A stretch of 64,000 bases of DNA from Phycisphaerales bacterium (GTDB lineage Bacteria; Planctomycetota; Phycisphaerae; Phycisphaerales; UBA1924): contig DAIQNV010000002.1 in the NCBI GenBank assembly GCA_036788215.1, positions 37,074-101,073 on the forward strand. Direction: 5' to 3'. The position numbers were made by a program, and so were the translations under genes. The notes below the pieces were generated by a model. That model searched no databases and had not been told where the DNA came from. It worked only from the letters and a program-made list of their open reading frames with translations. Shown here piece by piece: positions 47,431 through 57,749 of the stretch (position 1 is its first letter; every line of letters begins with the position of its first letter).

Positions 47431-49533
47431 ATGTCGAATCGTTCTCTCCGCCTGGTGGTCCCGTCGCTCGCTCTTGGCCTTGTGCTGGTCGCGGGCGGGT
47501 GCTCTTCTTCCCTTGATTCCATCCGCGGCGGCCCGGCCTACGCGGTCATCGATGGCAAGCGGGCGCCGGTCCCCAAGATCGACATGGGCAGCGAGGCGAC
47601 GCTCCTGCGGATCTATCGCGAGGGGACGGAGAACTCGCAGGTGATGGCGCACCTCGAGAAGTACGCGGTCGACATCGGGCCGCGGCTCACGGGCTCGGCG
47701 AACCTGACCGAGGCGGAGCTGTGGTCGGTCGAGCAGTTCGAGCGGTGGGGTCTTCGGAATGTCCGGCGAGAGCACTGGGGCGAGATCCCGGCGCAGTTCG
47801 ACCGGGGGGACTCGTTCGCGGAGGTCGTGGAGACGGGGCGGGACGGCGAGCTGAGCGTCGATCGCCCGCTCCAGTTCACCACGCTCTCGTGGACGCGGGG
47901 GACCGAGGGGCCGGTGGTCGGGCAAGTGATCCGCATGCCCGAGACGCTCGAAGAGGTGGACCGGCGGGCGGATGAGCTCCGCGGCGCATGGCTGCTCGTG
48001 CCGCCGATCTACGCGGATCGGGCCGGTGTGAGGTCGGTGGGGTTCCAGATGCAGGAAAGGACCCAGACGCGGCACGCGATCCGCACCGGGGCCCTCGATC
48101 CCTTCGACCCGGCGGTGGTCGAGGCGGCGATGGGCGAGGGGGCTGGCGCGGAGCGCCCGACGCCCAAGCCCCGGATGCCTGAGGGGCAGAGCACCTGGAT
48201 CGGCTCGTTCAGCTATCGCGGGAGCCCTTTGCCCGCGACGCTGATCCTGCAGCGCGACGGTGACGGGGCGATCACCGGCGGGACCTTCTCGATCGAGCAG
48301 TTCCACGCGGGCCCGATCGAGGACGTGGAGCAGCAGGGCGTCGACCTGTCGTTCGGCTGGCCCAACCCGATGGGCAAGAGCACGGTGGACCTGGTCCTCG
48401 GTGCGGACGGGGCCCTCGTGGGATCCTCGGGGGACGGGCAGTACCCGATCCGGCTGACCTCGTCGGAAGCGGACGACCGGGCGACGGCGCGGGAGCTCGC
48501 GAACATGCCGGAGATCGCCTTCGAGACGCCCGAGCAGGTGATGGCGCACGTGCTCGAGCGGGACCCGGCGGGCTTCATCTCCACTTCGAACGACGAGCGG
48601 GTCTGGACGACGCGGACGACGGCGTGGATGGAAGCGGAGGCGGACGATCTGCCCAGCGATGTCGAGATCAATGTCCGGCGCTCCGACTACGACTACGTCA
48701 ACTCGCTCCTGGCGGATCAGCAGGAAGTTCTGGTTCGCGTGGACCTGCCCCACTCGATCACGCCCGGTCCAATCCCGCAGTACAACGTGATCGCGGAGAT
48801 CCCGGGGACCGAGCTGCCGGAGGAGGTCGTGATCGTCTCGGCGCACCTCGACTCGTGGGACGGCCCGGGCAGCCAGGGCGTGGTGGACAACGCGACGGGT
48901 TGCGCGGTCACGCTCGAGGCGGCCCGCATCCTGCGGGCGGCGGGGGCCAAGCCCAGGCGGACGATCCGCTTCATCCTGTGGACGGGCGAGGAGCAGGGCC
49001 TGTGGGGGTCGCGCCGCTATGTCGAGAACCTCAGCGAGGAGGAGAAGGCCCGCATCAGCGCCGTCTTCGTCGACGACGGGGGCACCAACTTCCAGGGCGG
49101 GCTGCCGGCGGCCAGCGACATGGTCGACTTCCTCGCGGCTGCGACGGCGCCGACGAACGGGCTGTTCTTCTCGGAGATCGACTACCGGGCGGCGATGAGC
49201 GATGACAACCCCGACAACGACGAGATGGCGGGGTACATGAACGTGAACATCCGGAACACGGGGCGGAACCTCGAGACGCACTCGGGCTCGGACCACGCGC
49301 CGTTCAATCGCGTCGGCATCCCGGGCTTCTTCTGGGACGAGATCGGGCGGGCCGACTACCGCTTCGGCTGGCATACGCAGAACGACCGGATCGACCTCGC
49401 GATCGAGGAGTATCTGGTGCAATCGGCGGTGAACAGCGCGATCACCGCGTACCGCGTCGCGAACGCGCCGACCCTCGTGCCCCGGGACCCTGGCCCCGAA
49501 GAAGAGGGCGAGACCCAGGCGAACGCGAACTGA
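47431..49533 (+). CDS. M28 family metallopeptidase, lipoprotein
   Basis: GGAGG lies 7 nt before the ATG at 47431. Lipobox LVLVAGGC. M28 motifs VVIVSAHLDSWDGPGSQGVVDNATGCA and FILWTGEEQGLWGSRRYV. Confidence 0.85.
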   Translation: MSNRSLRLVVPSLALGLVLVAGGCSSSLDSIRGGPAYAVIDGKRAPVPKIDMGSEATLLRIYREGTENSQVMAHLEKYAVDIGPRLTGSANLTEAELWSVEQFERWGLRNVRREHWGEIPAQFDRGDSFAEVVETGRDGELSVDRPLQFTTLSWTRGTEGPVVGQVIRMPETLEEVDRRADELRGAWLLVPPIYADRAGVRSVGFQMQERTQTRHAIRTGALDPFDPAVVEAAMGEGAGAERPTPKPRMPEGQSTWIGSFSYRGSPLPATLILQRDGDGAITGGTFSIEQFHAGPIEDVEQQGVDLSFGWPNPMGKSTVDLVLGADGALVGSSGDGQYPIRLTSSEADDRATARELANMPEIAFETPEQVMAHVLERDPAGFISTSNDERVWTTRTTAWMEAEADDLPSDVEINVRRSDYDYVNSLLADQQEVLVRVDLPHSITPGPIPQYNVIAEIPGTELPEEVVIVSAHLDSWDGPGSQGVVDNATGCAVTLEAARILRAAGAKPRRTIRFILWTGEEQGLWGSRRYVENLSEEEKARISAVFVDDGGTNFQGGLPAASDMVDFLAAATAPTNGLFFSEIDYRAAMSDDNPDNDEMAGYMNVNIRNTGRNLETHSGSDHAPFNRVGIPGFFWDEIGRADYRFGWHTQNDRIDLAIEEYLVQSAVNSAITAYRVANAPTLVPRDPGPEEEGETQANAN

Positions 49534-49561
49534 CGCGTTCGTCTCGACCAGCAAACCCTTT

Positions 49562-49596
49562 CGACGCCCCGCGCCGAGCGGGGCGTCGTTTGTTTT
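49562..49596 (+). terminator. Rho-independent terminator after the M28 peptidase gene
   Basis: CGACGCCCCGC-GCCGA-GCGGGGCGTCG hairpin followed by TTTGTTTT. Confidence 0.8.
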
Positions 49597-49666
49597 GGCT
49601 CTGTCACTTCATCCCCCCACCGCCCCCACCGCCCCAGCCTTTCGCCTTCCCTCTACACTTTGACGC

Positions 49667-50731
49667 ATGGCCACCGAACGCCTGATCTCGCCGAACTCCC
49701 CGCCGGAAGGCACCCCCGCTGCGTCGGCGGAGCGCGAGGTCTCGCACGCGCTGCGGCCCCAGCGGATGGGGGACTATGTCGGTCAGCGGGACCTTCTGGA
49801 GCGCCTGTCGATCGCGGTCGAGGCGGTGAAGCGGCGTGACGAGCCCCTCGAGCACCTGCTGCTGCACGGGCCTCCGGGACTCGGCAAGACGACGCTGGCC
49901 CATGTCGTGGCGAACGAGATGGGGACGGCGCTGCATGTCACCTCGGGGCCGGCGCTGGCGCGGGGGACCGACCTGGTGAGCGCCCTGACGCGGGTGCAGC
50001 CCGGCGACATCCTGTTCATCGACGAGATCCACCGGCTGCCGGTGGCGGTCGAGGAGTTCATCTACCCGGCGATGGAGGACTTCCGGATCGACGTGAGCCT
50101 CGACACGGGGCTGAACGCGCGGACGGTGCAGATCAAGCTCAAGCCCTTCACGCTGATCGGGGCGACGACGCGGGCTGGGCTGCTGAGCGCCCCGCTGCGG
50201 TCGCGGTTCGGCATCGCGCACCATCTGCGGTACTACGACGAGGCGGATCTCTTCGCGATCCTCCGGCGCAGCGCGGGCCTCCTGAACATCGACACGGGGC
50301 GGGCGGGGGCCGACGATGCGCTGCGGGCGATCGCGTCCCGGGCCCGGGGCACCCCGCGCATCGCCAACCGGCTGCTGCGGCGCGTCCGCGACTTCGCGGA
50401 TGTGCGTGGCGACGGGTCGCTGACGCCCAGGATCGTTGATGCGGCGCTCACGCTCGAGGGCGTGGACGCCCTGGGCCTCGACGAACTGGACCGGAGCTAC
50501 CTCAGGACGATCGGGACGACCTACGACGGGGGACCCGTTGGTCTCGAGACCGTCGCGGCGACCATGAACGAGGACGCGGGGACGCTCGAGGATGTCGTGG
50601 AGCCCTACCTGCTACAGATCGGCTTCCTGGCGCGGACACGCCGGGGGCGGATGCTGACGCAGGCGAGCGCGGGGCATCTCGGGCTGCGGGCGCCGACGCC
50701 CCGGGAGGACGCAGCTCCGGAACTCTTCTAG
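49667..50731 (+). CDS. ruvB: Holliday junction branch migration DNA helicase RuvB
   Basis: LRPQRMGDYVGQRDL...LLHGPPGLGKTTLA...IFIDEIHRL...GTPRIANRLLRRVRD. Confidence 0.95.
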   Translation: MATERLISPNSPPEGTPAASAEREVSHALRPQRMGDYVGQRDLLERLSIAVEAVKRRDEPLEHLLLHGPPGLGKTTLAHVVANEMGTALHVTSGPALARGTDLVSALTRVQPGDILFIDEIHRLPVAVEEFIYPAMEDFRIDVSLDTGLNARTVQIKLKPFTLIGATTRAGLLSAPLRSRFGIAHHLRYYDEADLFAILRRSAGLLNIDTGRAGADDALRAIASRARGTPRIANRLLRRVRDFADVRGDGSLTPRIVDAALTLEGVDALGLDELDRSYLRTIGTTYDGGPVGLETVAATMNEDAGTLEDVVEPYLLQIGFLARTRRGRMLTQASAGHLGLRAPTPREDAAPELF

Positions 50732-50882
50732 AGAGAGTTGGTTCGATGCTCTGCGGTCGGAGGCGCTTCCGCCCGCGAATCGGGTGAGTGGGCCAAGCGC
50801 TTCCTTGCAGGCCACCCCGCTCGCTGACGCTCGGAGCTCCATTGGGGCATGGGCGACGACCGATGGGCCGCGGGCGCTTGGC

Positions 50883-51638
50883 TTACTTCTTCGTCGCGGT
50901 CATGGACTCGCGGGTGGTTTCCTCGAGGAAGAGGATGCAGCCGCACGAGACGCAGCGGGTGAGTTCGCCGTGGCTGAGCAGCGCGGACATGGTCTCGACG
51001 GGCAGCGACATCATGCAGGCGCCGCAGGTGAACTCGTGGCGCTTGCGGTCCTGGACCTCGATGGGGGCCATGGCCTCGTCTTCGAGGCGCTCGACGAGTT
51101 CCTCGTAGGTGCCCATGACGGTGCCGGGGACGCTGCCGACGAGCTGCTCGCGTTCGGCCTTAAGTTCGTTGAGCTTGTCGCGGATCTCGGCCTCGCGCTG
51201 CTCGCGGTCCTGCTGGGCGACGCCCTTGACCTTCTCGCGTTCGCCCGCTGCGGACTCGAGCTCGGTCTTGCGGGCCCTGAGGGCCTCGATCTTCTCCATG
51301 AGCTCGAGGGCCTTGGTCTCCTGCTCGGTCTTCTGCTCCTTGTAGGTGTTCATCTCCGTGAGCAGGGCCTTGTATTCCTTGTTGGTGCTCGCGGCGTTCA
51401 TGCGCTCGCGGAGGCCCTCGATCTTCTCGTTGAGGCGGGCGGCCTCGCCCTCGGCATCGGCCGCCTCGGCGGTCATCTGCTTGAGCTGGCGATCGATTGT
51501 GGAGCGCTGGGAGTTGATCGTTTCGAGGTGGCCGACCTGCTCACCAAAGAACCGCTCCGCGGCCCTGAGTCGCGCCTGCAACCCGTTGATCTGCTGGTCC
51601 ACCCGGAAGACGCGAAGCAACTGGTCCGTCACGGTCAT
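50883..51638 (-). CDS. Coiled-coil protein with C-terminal C4 zinc ribbon (COG1579/DUF164-like)
   Basis: About 200 aa of heptad-like coiled coil, then FTCGACMMSLP...RCVSCGCILF. Start trimmed to the ATG at 51638. Confidence 0.8.
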   Translation of the reverse strand: MTVTDQLLRVFRVDQQINGLQARLRAAERFFGEQVGHLETINSQRSTIDRQLKQMTAEAADAEGEAARLNEKIEGLRERMNAASTNKEYKALLTEMNTYKEQKTEQETKALELMEKIEALRARKTELESAAGEREKVKGVAQQDREQREAEIRDKLNELKAEREQLVGSVPGTVMGTYEELVERLEDEAMAPIEVQDRKRHEFTCGACMMSLPVETMSALLSHGELTRCVSCGCILFLEETTRESMTATKK

Positions 51639-51912
51639 GCACAGTCCCCGTGGTCCCGCGCCCGCCGCCGCCTTTGGAGCCCTGCGCGGCACCGGGTCAG
51701 GCCTCTTGATGCAGTCTAGCCACTCCCGGGGGGCGGCGGACACCCCGGTCCAGAAACAGGCCCACTTCATGGCCCTTCGTCCCGGCCTAGGCGGCCATTT
51801 CTTGCGCTCCGCAGCGCCCTCCGGACGCACACTCGCTCTGTTGCGGCTCCGCCGGGGTGAACCCGGCGGGCCTGAAGGGACCGAAGCGGCTGCGCCCCGG
51901 GCATGGCCGCCT

Positions 51913-52827
51913 CTAGCTGGGCCAAATGAGGATCCAGAAGGCGAGGGGCGCGACGAGGAGCACCGAATCGAGCACGTCCAGGACGCCCCCGAACCCGGGC
52001 AGGCTCTGGCCCATGTCCTTGCGTCCGGCGTCGCGCTTCAGGAGGCTTGCCAGGAGGTCGCCGAACTGGCCCACGAAGGCGAAGACGGCGCCGCAGGCGG
52101 CACCGAACCAGAGGGCGACGGGGCCGGTGCCCGTGCCCCAGCCGGCGGTTTCGTTCAGGAGCCAGACGCCCACGGCACCGATCACGGCGCTGAAGGCGAC
52201 GCCTCCCCAGAGTCCTTCCCAGGTTTTGCCTGGGCTGAGCCAGGGGGCGAGCTTGTGCTTGCCGATGGCCCGGCCCGTGAAGTAGGCGCCGATGTCGCAT
52301 GACTTGGTGACGAGGAGGACCCAGAGCAGGACCCAGGCGGAGTGCTCGCGACGGATGGCGCAGAGGAAGCCCAACAGGACGCCGATGTAGGCGTAGGCGA
52401 GCAGGGCTCCCCCCGCGGCGGCGACCATGCCCTCGACCTGCTTGTTCCGGGCGTAGTAGACGAGCGAGCCGACGAGCACAAGGCCCATGGCGGTGTGGGC
52501 GGTCATGACCCCGGTGAAGGCGTCGGCGCCGATGGGGCTGACCGCGGTCAGCAGCAGCCCGACGACCGCGAGCCCGCAGGTGAGGACGGTGGAGGCGGCG
52601 ACGCCCTTGGCCCGGAGGATGCGCCCCAGTTCGCGGGCGGCCATGATCCCGAGCAGGAGCAGCACGGGGACGAGCAGGAGCGCGGGCGGGAGGGTGCGGC
52701 CCTCGTCGAGGAAGGGTCGGGGCCACCAGTCGGGGGCGGGCTGGGCGTCGAGCCACTCGTCGAACCAGACGGCAGCGATGACCAGGGCGATGAAGACGAG
52801 GCCGAAGGTGAGGCGGAGCTTCAGCAC
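51913..52827 (-). CDS. cdsA: Phosphatidate cytidylyltransferase
   Basis: SPGKTWEGLWGG and PGFGGVLDVLDS motifs with multiple TM segments. The GTG start at 52827 overlaps the uppS stop by 7 nt. Confidence 0.85.
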   Translation of the reverse strand: MLKLRLTFGLVFIALVIAAVWFDEWLDAQPAPDWWPRPFLDEGRTLPPALLLVPVLLLLGIMAARELGRILRAKGVAASTVLTCGLAVVGLLLTAVSPIGADAFTGVMTAHTAMGLVLVGSLVYYARNKQVEGMVAAAGGALLAYAYIGVLLGFLCAIRREHSAWVLLWVLLVTKSCDIGAYFTGRAIGKHKLAPWLSPGKTWEGLWGGVAFSAVIGAVGVWLLNETAGWGTGTGPVALWFGAACGAVFAFVGQFGDLLASLLKRDAGRKDMGQSLPGFGGVLDVLDSVLLVAPLAFWILIWPS

Positions 52828-53765
52828 GCCCCACCCGCTTCCCCATCCGCTTCCGCTCGCGCCGCTTTGTCCGGCACCGGGCCTGCCGGGTGTTCGTCGC
52901 TTTCGAGGCCCCCGAAGCGGCGGACGCGCCCCGCGTAGGCCCGGATGGCGGCGCGGAAGGCCTCGGCGCCGAAGTCGGGCCAGCAGGTGTCGGTGACATA
53001 GAGCTCGGCGTAGCTGACCTGCCAGAGCAGGTAGTTGCTGAGCCGCATCTCGCCGGCGGTGCGGACGAGGAGATCGGGGTCCGGCAGGCCGGCGGTGGAG
53101 AGACGCGAGGCGAAGGCGTGCTCGTCGATCGCTTCGGGGTCGACCGTGCCCGCAGCGACGTCGCGGGCGAGGGCCCGGGCAGCGGCGACGATCTCGGCGC
53201 GGCTGCCATAGTTGATGGCGAGGCAGAGGGTGCTGCCGGTGCAGTGGGCGGTGGCGCCGGTGAGCCCGTCGAGGGCGTCGAGGACCTCCTCGGGCATGCC
53301 CTCGCGCTCGCCGATGACGCGGACGCGGACGTTCTCGTGCACGAGTCGGTCGCGTTCGCCCTCTGCATAGGCGGTGCAGAGGGTCATGAGGGCGTCGATC
53401 TCGTCGCGGGGGCGTTTCCAGTTCTCGCTGCTGAAGGAGTAGAGGGTGAGGGCCTCGACGCCGAGGTGGCCGCATTCTTCGACGACCTCGCGGACGGCGC
53501 GGACGCCGTTGCGGTGGCCGAAGCTCCGGGGGAATCCGCGTTCGCGGGCCCAGCGTCCGTTTCCGTCCATGATGACCGCGACGTGGCGCGGGATGCGTTC
53601 CGGGTGAACATCGGGAAGGTATCGGAGGGGGTCGGCACCGGGGACGCGCCGGCGGATATCGGCGAGAGCGGCGGCGACGGTGGGGTCCTCGGGCGATGGC
53701 CAGCCCGCGCGGACGCCTGTGTCGATCTTGCCTGGCCCGTCTGTCACGCTCACGGCCTTCGTCAT
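52821..53765 (-). CDS. uppS: Isoprenyl transferase (undecaprenyl-diphosphate synthase family)
   Basis: HVAVIMDGNGRWA...LTLYSFSSENWKRP...RTAGEMRLSNYLLWQVSYAELY. Confidence 0.9.
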   Translation of the reverse strand: MTKAVSVTDGPGKIDTGVRAGWPSPEDPTVAAALADIRRRVPGADPLRYLPDVHPERIPRHVAVIMDGNGRWARERGFPRSFGHRNGVRAVREVVEECGHLGVEALTLYSFSSENWKRPRDEIDALMTLCTAYAEGERDRLVHENVRVRVIGEREGMPEEVLDALDGLTGATAHCTGSTLCLAINYGSRAEIVAAARALARDVAAGTVDPEAIDEHAFASRLSTAGLPDPDLLVRTAGEMRLSNYLLWQVSYAELYVTDTCWPDFGAEAFRAAIRAYAGRVRRFGGLESDEHPAGPVPDKAARAEADGEAGGAC

Positions 53766-53770
53766 TTCGA

Positions 53771-55144
53771 TCAGTCCACGATGGTCTGGGCCCGGTCGGG
53801 GCCCACGCTCGCCACCTTGACGGGGACGCCGACGAGGCGCTCGATGAGCGCGAGGTACGCCTGCGCACCCTCCGGGAGTTCGTCGCGGGTGGTCGCCTTC
53901 TCGGCGATATCGGCGGGGAAGCCCGGGACCTCGAGGTAGACGGGCTCGGCGCGGGTGAGGTCGGCGGCGTCGGGTGGGAAGCGGTCGGTTTCGGCGCCGT
54001 CGATGCGGTAGGCGGTGCAGACCTTGAGGGTGTCGAAGCCTCCGAGGACGTCGAGCAGCATGACGGCGAGTTCGCTGACTCCGTTGATCATGGCGGAGTA
54101 GCGGACCGCGACGAGGTCGAGCCAGCCGCAGCGGCGCGGGCGGCCGGTGGTGGTCCCGTACTCCCGGCCCCGCTCGCGGATGCGTTCGCCGTCGGCGTCG
54201 AAGAGCTCGGTGGGCATGGGTCCGCCGCCGACGCGGGTGGAGTAGGCCTTCATGACGCCCACGACGCGGGTGAGGCGGTGGCCCGGGACGCCGGTGCCGG
54301 GGCCGATGCCCAGGACGGAGGCGTTGGAGCTGGTGACGAAGGGGTAGGTGCCATGGTCGACGTCGAGGAGCGTCGCGTTGGCGCCTTCGAAGAGGACGCT
54401 CTGGCCCCGGCCCAGCATGTCGTGCAGGAGGTAGGTGGTGTCGACGATGCGGGGGCGCAGGGTCTCGCCCCAGGCGAGGGCTTCCTCGGTGATCAGGGCG
54501 GCGTCGAAGGGCTCCCAGTGGACGCCTGCGGTGGCGGCGAGGCCTCGGAAGAGGGCGTTCTTGATGGAGCAGGCGATGGCGACCTTTTTCCGCAGTTCGT
54601 CGGGGCGGAGGAGGTCGCCCACGCGGACGCCGGTGGCGCGGGTGACCTTGTCGGCGTAGGCGGGGCCGATGCCCCGGCGGGTGGTGCCGATCTCCTGGCT
54701 CGTGCCGGCACCGACGCGGGGGCCGGTGAGGCCGACCTTGAGGAGTTCCTCGCGCAGGCCGTCCTCCGCCTTGTGGTAGGCGAGCACGACGTGGGCGCGG
54801 TCGGAGACGACGAGGCCCGAGGTGTCGACCCCGCGCTTGGCGAGGCCCTCGAGTTCCTCGAGGAGGCGGGAGGGATCGACGACGACCCCGTTGCCCACGA
54901 CGGCGCGGGTGCCCGGGTGGAGGATCCCGGACGGGACAAGGTGCAGCGCGAAGCGTTCGCCCTTGACGACGACGGAGTGCCCGGCGTTGGCGCCCCCGTT
55001 GAAGCGGACGACCGCGTCGTGCTCCGCAGCGAGCATGTCGACGACCTTGCCCTTGCCCTCGTCCCCCCACTGCAGCCCGACCACTGCGGAGCAACGCCCG
55101 CTTCCGGCCCCCGCCCAGCCTCCCGTTCCTCGCCCGTCGCTCAA
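53771..55144 (-). CDS. purA: Adenylosuccinate synthase
   Basis: VVGLQWGDEGKGKVVD, TTRRGIGPAYADK and GTTTGRPRRCGWLD. The start is uncertain: TTG at 55144, or an in-frame GTG about 60 nt downstream. Confidence 0.9.
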   Translation of the reverse strand: MSDGRGTGGWAGAGSGRCSAVVGLQWGDEGKGKVVDMLAAEHDAVVRFNGGANAGHSVVVKGERFALHLVPSGILHPGTRAVVGNGVVVDPSRLLEELEGLAKRGVDTSGLVVSDRAHVVLAYHKAEDGLREELLKVGLTGPRVGAGTSQEIGTTRRGIGPAYADKVTRATGVRVGDLLRPDELRKKVAIACSIKNALFRGLAATAGVHWEPFDAALITEEALAWGETLRPRIVDTTYLLHDMLGRGQSVLFEGANATLLDVDHGTYPFVTSSNASVLGIGPGTGVPGHRLTRVVGVMKAYSTRVGGGPMPTELFDADGERIRERGREYGTTTGRPRRCGWLDLVAVRYSAMINGVSELAVMLLDVLGGFDTLKVCTAYRIDGAETDRFPPDAADLTRAEPVYLEVPGFPADIAEKATTRDELPEGAQAYLALIERLVGVPVKVASVGPDRAQTIVD

Positions 55145-55438
55145 CGCTGGTTCCCCTTTCGCCGGATCATCCCGGCCCGGTCCGACGCGGACGATACGCA
55201 GTCGCTCGCGCCACCCCCAATGGCGGGCGGCCCGGGACCTGATCTTCTCGGACGATCGGGGTCCCCCCTATCCGTGCGCCGCATCGCCCCATCCGCCCCC
55301 ACCCCTTCCAACCGCTTCATCCGCTCCACCGTCCCGGGGGTTGATTCCGCATGAAGGCGTCAGGGCCGAAGTTGCGCCCCCGGACGCGCCGATGACCGCA
55401 CGGGAGGTGAGCCGGGGCCAGGGCCCGGCCGGAGCACC

Positions 55439-55621
55439 ATGTCGGATTCCACAACCGTCCGCATCATGTGCCCCAACCTGGTCTGCCGCAAGATCCTTGC
55501 GGTGCCCAAGACGGCGCGCGGCAAGACCGTGCGCTGCAAGGTGTGCGCGACGATCATCCGCATCCCGCAGGAAAAAGACGCTGGGGCGGACGCGCCGCAG
55601 TCCGGCAAGAAGGCCGGCTGA
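55439..55621 (+). CDS. Small (60 aa) zinc-ribbon protein
   Basis: CPNLVC...x14...CKVC pairs in MSDSTTVRIMCPNLVCRKILAVPKTARGKTVRCKVCATIIRIP, with GGAG upstream of the ATG. Confidence 0.5.
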   Translation: MSDSTTVRIMCPNLVCRKILAVPKTARGKTVRCKVCATIIRIPQEKDAGADAPQSGKKAG

Positions 55622-55649
55622 TCCGTTCGTCCGCCGAATACGCGGCGCC

Positions 55650-56219
55650 CTATAGGGGCGGCTGCTCCTCGTCCTCGTCGTCCCCGAAATCGAAGTCGAA
55701 CTCCACGACGCTGCTGTCGTCGGGGTCTGAGCTCAGGCCCACGTCGTCCATGAGCCCGCCACCGGACTTGGGGCCTTCGCCCGCGGCCCGGGCGGCGCCC
55801 ACGCGCCCCACGCGGGTCGGCTCCTCCGACTGGTCGTCCGTGGACTCGTCGCTGCCCACGGGCTTGCCCCGGCGGTGCATCTCCGCAGCGTCGACCACCT
55901 CGGGCTCGCCATCGACGCGGACGACGAAGACGAGCGGGCCGACGGTGAGGACGTCGCCCGCTTCGAGGGCGACGGAGCCTTCGACCTTCTGCCCGTTGAC
56001 GAACGTCCCGTTCCGCGAGCCCAGATCGCGCACCGAGAGGCTGTCGCCCTCCTGCGTGATCTCGCAATGGCGGCGCGAGACATCGACCGCGGGGACCCGA
56101 AGGTTGCAGTCCGTCTGCCGGCCCACCACCGTCCGCGGGCGCCGCAACGGCACATTCGACGAACGACCGTCCTGCTGAACCCGGACCAGTGCCACATCCA
56201 CGAGGGCTACCCTTCCCAT
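55650..56219 (-). CDS. FHA domain-containing protein with acidic C-terminal tail
   Basis: VVGRQTDCNLRVPAVDVSRRHCEI...LSVRDLGSRNGTFVNGQKV is an FHA signature. Tail is VVEFDFDFGDDEDEE. Start trimmed to the ATG at 56219. Confidence 0.85.
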   Translation of the reverse strand: MGRVALVDVALVRVQQDGRSSNVPLRRPRTVVGRQTDCNLRVPAVDVSRRHCEITQEGDSLSVRDLGSRNGTFVNGQKVEGSVALEAGDVLTVGPLVFVVRVDGEPEVVDAAEMHRRGKPVGSDESTDDQSEEPTRVGRVGAARAAGEGPKSGGGLMDDVGLSSDPDDSSVVEFDFDFGDDEDEEQPPL

Positions 56220-56258
56220 CAAGTGCCGCCCAAGCGTCGAGACCCTCCCGCAGGCAAG

Positions 56259-57542
56259 ATGCCCCTGTCGGCCCGGACCCTGAGCGTGATACACGATAGA
56301 TCCCTCCCCATCCTCACGCAACGCCACGAAACCCCCGACCCAAACACGACCCCCACTTCGCACCCGCTCGGGGCCCCTCGGGCCGGTGGCGGGGCGCGGT
56401 CGCTGTACATCCACATCCCGTTCTGCTTCCACAAGTGCCACTACTGCGACTTCTACTCCATCGTCGACCGCCAGGACCGCCAGGCCCCGTTTACCGACCG
56501 GCTGATCGCGGAACTGGAGGCGCTGGCACCGCACGCGAGCACGCTCGACACCATCTTTGTCGGTGGCGGGACGCCCACGCTGCTCCGCCCGGACCTGTGG
56601 GAGCGCCTGCTGGCGGCGCTGCACGGGCTTTTCCGGGTTTCCGCGTCGGCCGAGTTCACGGTCGAGGCCAACCCGGAGACCATCACCTCGGAACTGGCGG
56701 GCCTGCTGGCGGGGGGCGGGGTGAACCGCATCTCCGTCGGGGCCCAGTCGTTCAACGAGAAGCACCTCAAGACCCTCGAACGCTGGCACGACCCGGCGAA
56801 GGTCGGGCGGGCGATCGAGCTGGCCCGGGACGCGGGGATCGCCCGCCAGTCGCTCGACCTCATCTTCGCGATCCCGGGGCAGACGCTCGAGGACTGGGCG
56901 CGGGACCTCGACACCGGGCTCGCGCTCGGGACGACGCACCTCTCGGCGTACAACCTGACCTACGAGCCCGCGACCGCCATGACCGCCCGCCTGCAGAAGG
57001 GCGAGTTCGAGCCCACCGACGAGGACCTCGAGATCGACATGCTCGAACTGCTCGTTGAGAAGACGGGGCGGGCGGGGCTCGGGCGCTACGAGGTCTCCAA
57101 CTTCGCGGCCCCGGGCGACGAGTGCCGGCACAACCTCGCCTACTGGCGGCAGCACGACTGGCTGGCGGCGGGCCCCAGCGCCAGCGCCCACATCGCTGGC
57201 CACCGCTGGAAGAACACGCCCCGCCTCGCGGATTACTTAGCGAACAACAACGCGGGCCTGCCACCCATCACCGACCACGAGGGGCCCGACCCCCGCAGGG
57301 CGCTCGCGGAGCGGATCATGACGGGCCTGCGCCTTCGCGAGGGGCTCGATCGCCAGGCGATCCTCACCGCCGCAGCCAGCATCGACGCCGACACCCACAC
57401 CCGCCTCGCCCGGGCCATCGACACCCTCGACGCCGCGGGGCACACCCTCCCGCACTCGACCCACCTCCGCCTCACCCACGAGGCCCTCCTGCAAGCCGAC
57501 GGCCTCGCCGCCAACCTCATGCACGCCATCGACCCCGACTGA
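56259..57542 (+). CDS. hemW: Radical SAM family haem chaperone HemW (HemN-like)
   Basis: LYIHIPFCFHKCHYCDFYS, VGGGTPTLL and NRISVGAQSF, plus a HemN_C-like C-terminus. The N-terminal boundary is uncertain. Confidence 0.85.
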   Translation: MPLSARTLSVIHDRSLPILTQRHETPDPNTTPTSHPLGAPRAGGGARSLYIHIPFCFHKCHYCDFYSIVDRQDRQAPFTDRLIAELEALAPHASTLDTIFVGGGTPTLLRPDLWERLLAALHGLFRVSASAEFTVEANPETITSELAGLLAGGGVNRISVGAQSFNEKHLKTLERWHDPAKVGRAIELARDAGIARQSLDLIFAIPGQTLEDWARDLDTGLALGTTHLSAYNLTYEPATAMTARLQKGEFEPTDEDLEIDMLELLVEKTGRAGLGRYEVSNFAAPGDECRHNLAYWRQHDWLAAGPSASAHIAGHRWKNTPRLADYLANNNAGLPPITDHEGPDPRRALAERIMTGLRLREGLDRQAILTAAASIDADTHTRLARAIDTLDAAGHTLPHSTHLRLTHEALLQADGLAANLMHAIDPD

Positions 57543-57749
57543 GATCTCGCATTCACCGGTGCCACTACCCGGCTTTGCGGGTAGTGCGTCACACCACAAA
57601 CCTCCTCGTCACCACCCAATCCAGAACCCAAGCGATCGCAATCCGTCGGTCCCCAACCCCACCCACACCCCCCCCGGTGCCCCGACCCGCCGCAAAGCGG
57701 CGCGTCGGGCCGAAACCACCGAGGGTAACTAACCCACCCAGCACGCCCA

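Noticed and set aside
46609-49554. 981-aa ORF on the minus strand
   Set aside because: It is antisense to the M28 peptidase and hypothetical secreted-protein genes. The translation is Arg/Pro/Gly/His-rich junk with no motifs. Long stop-free antisense frames like this are a typical artefact of about 70% GC DNA.
50735-50765. GGTTCGAT, a T-loop-like string, as a possible tRNA
   Set aside because: No acceptor, D or anticodon arms can be drawn around it. No tRNA-like cloverleaf was seen anywhere in the window.
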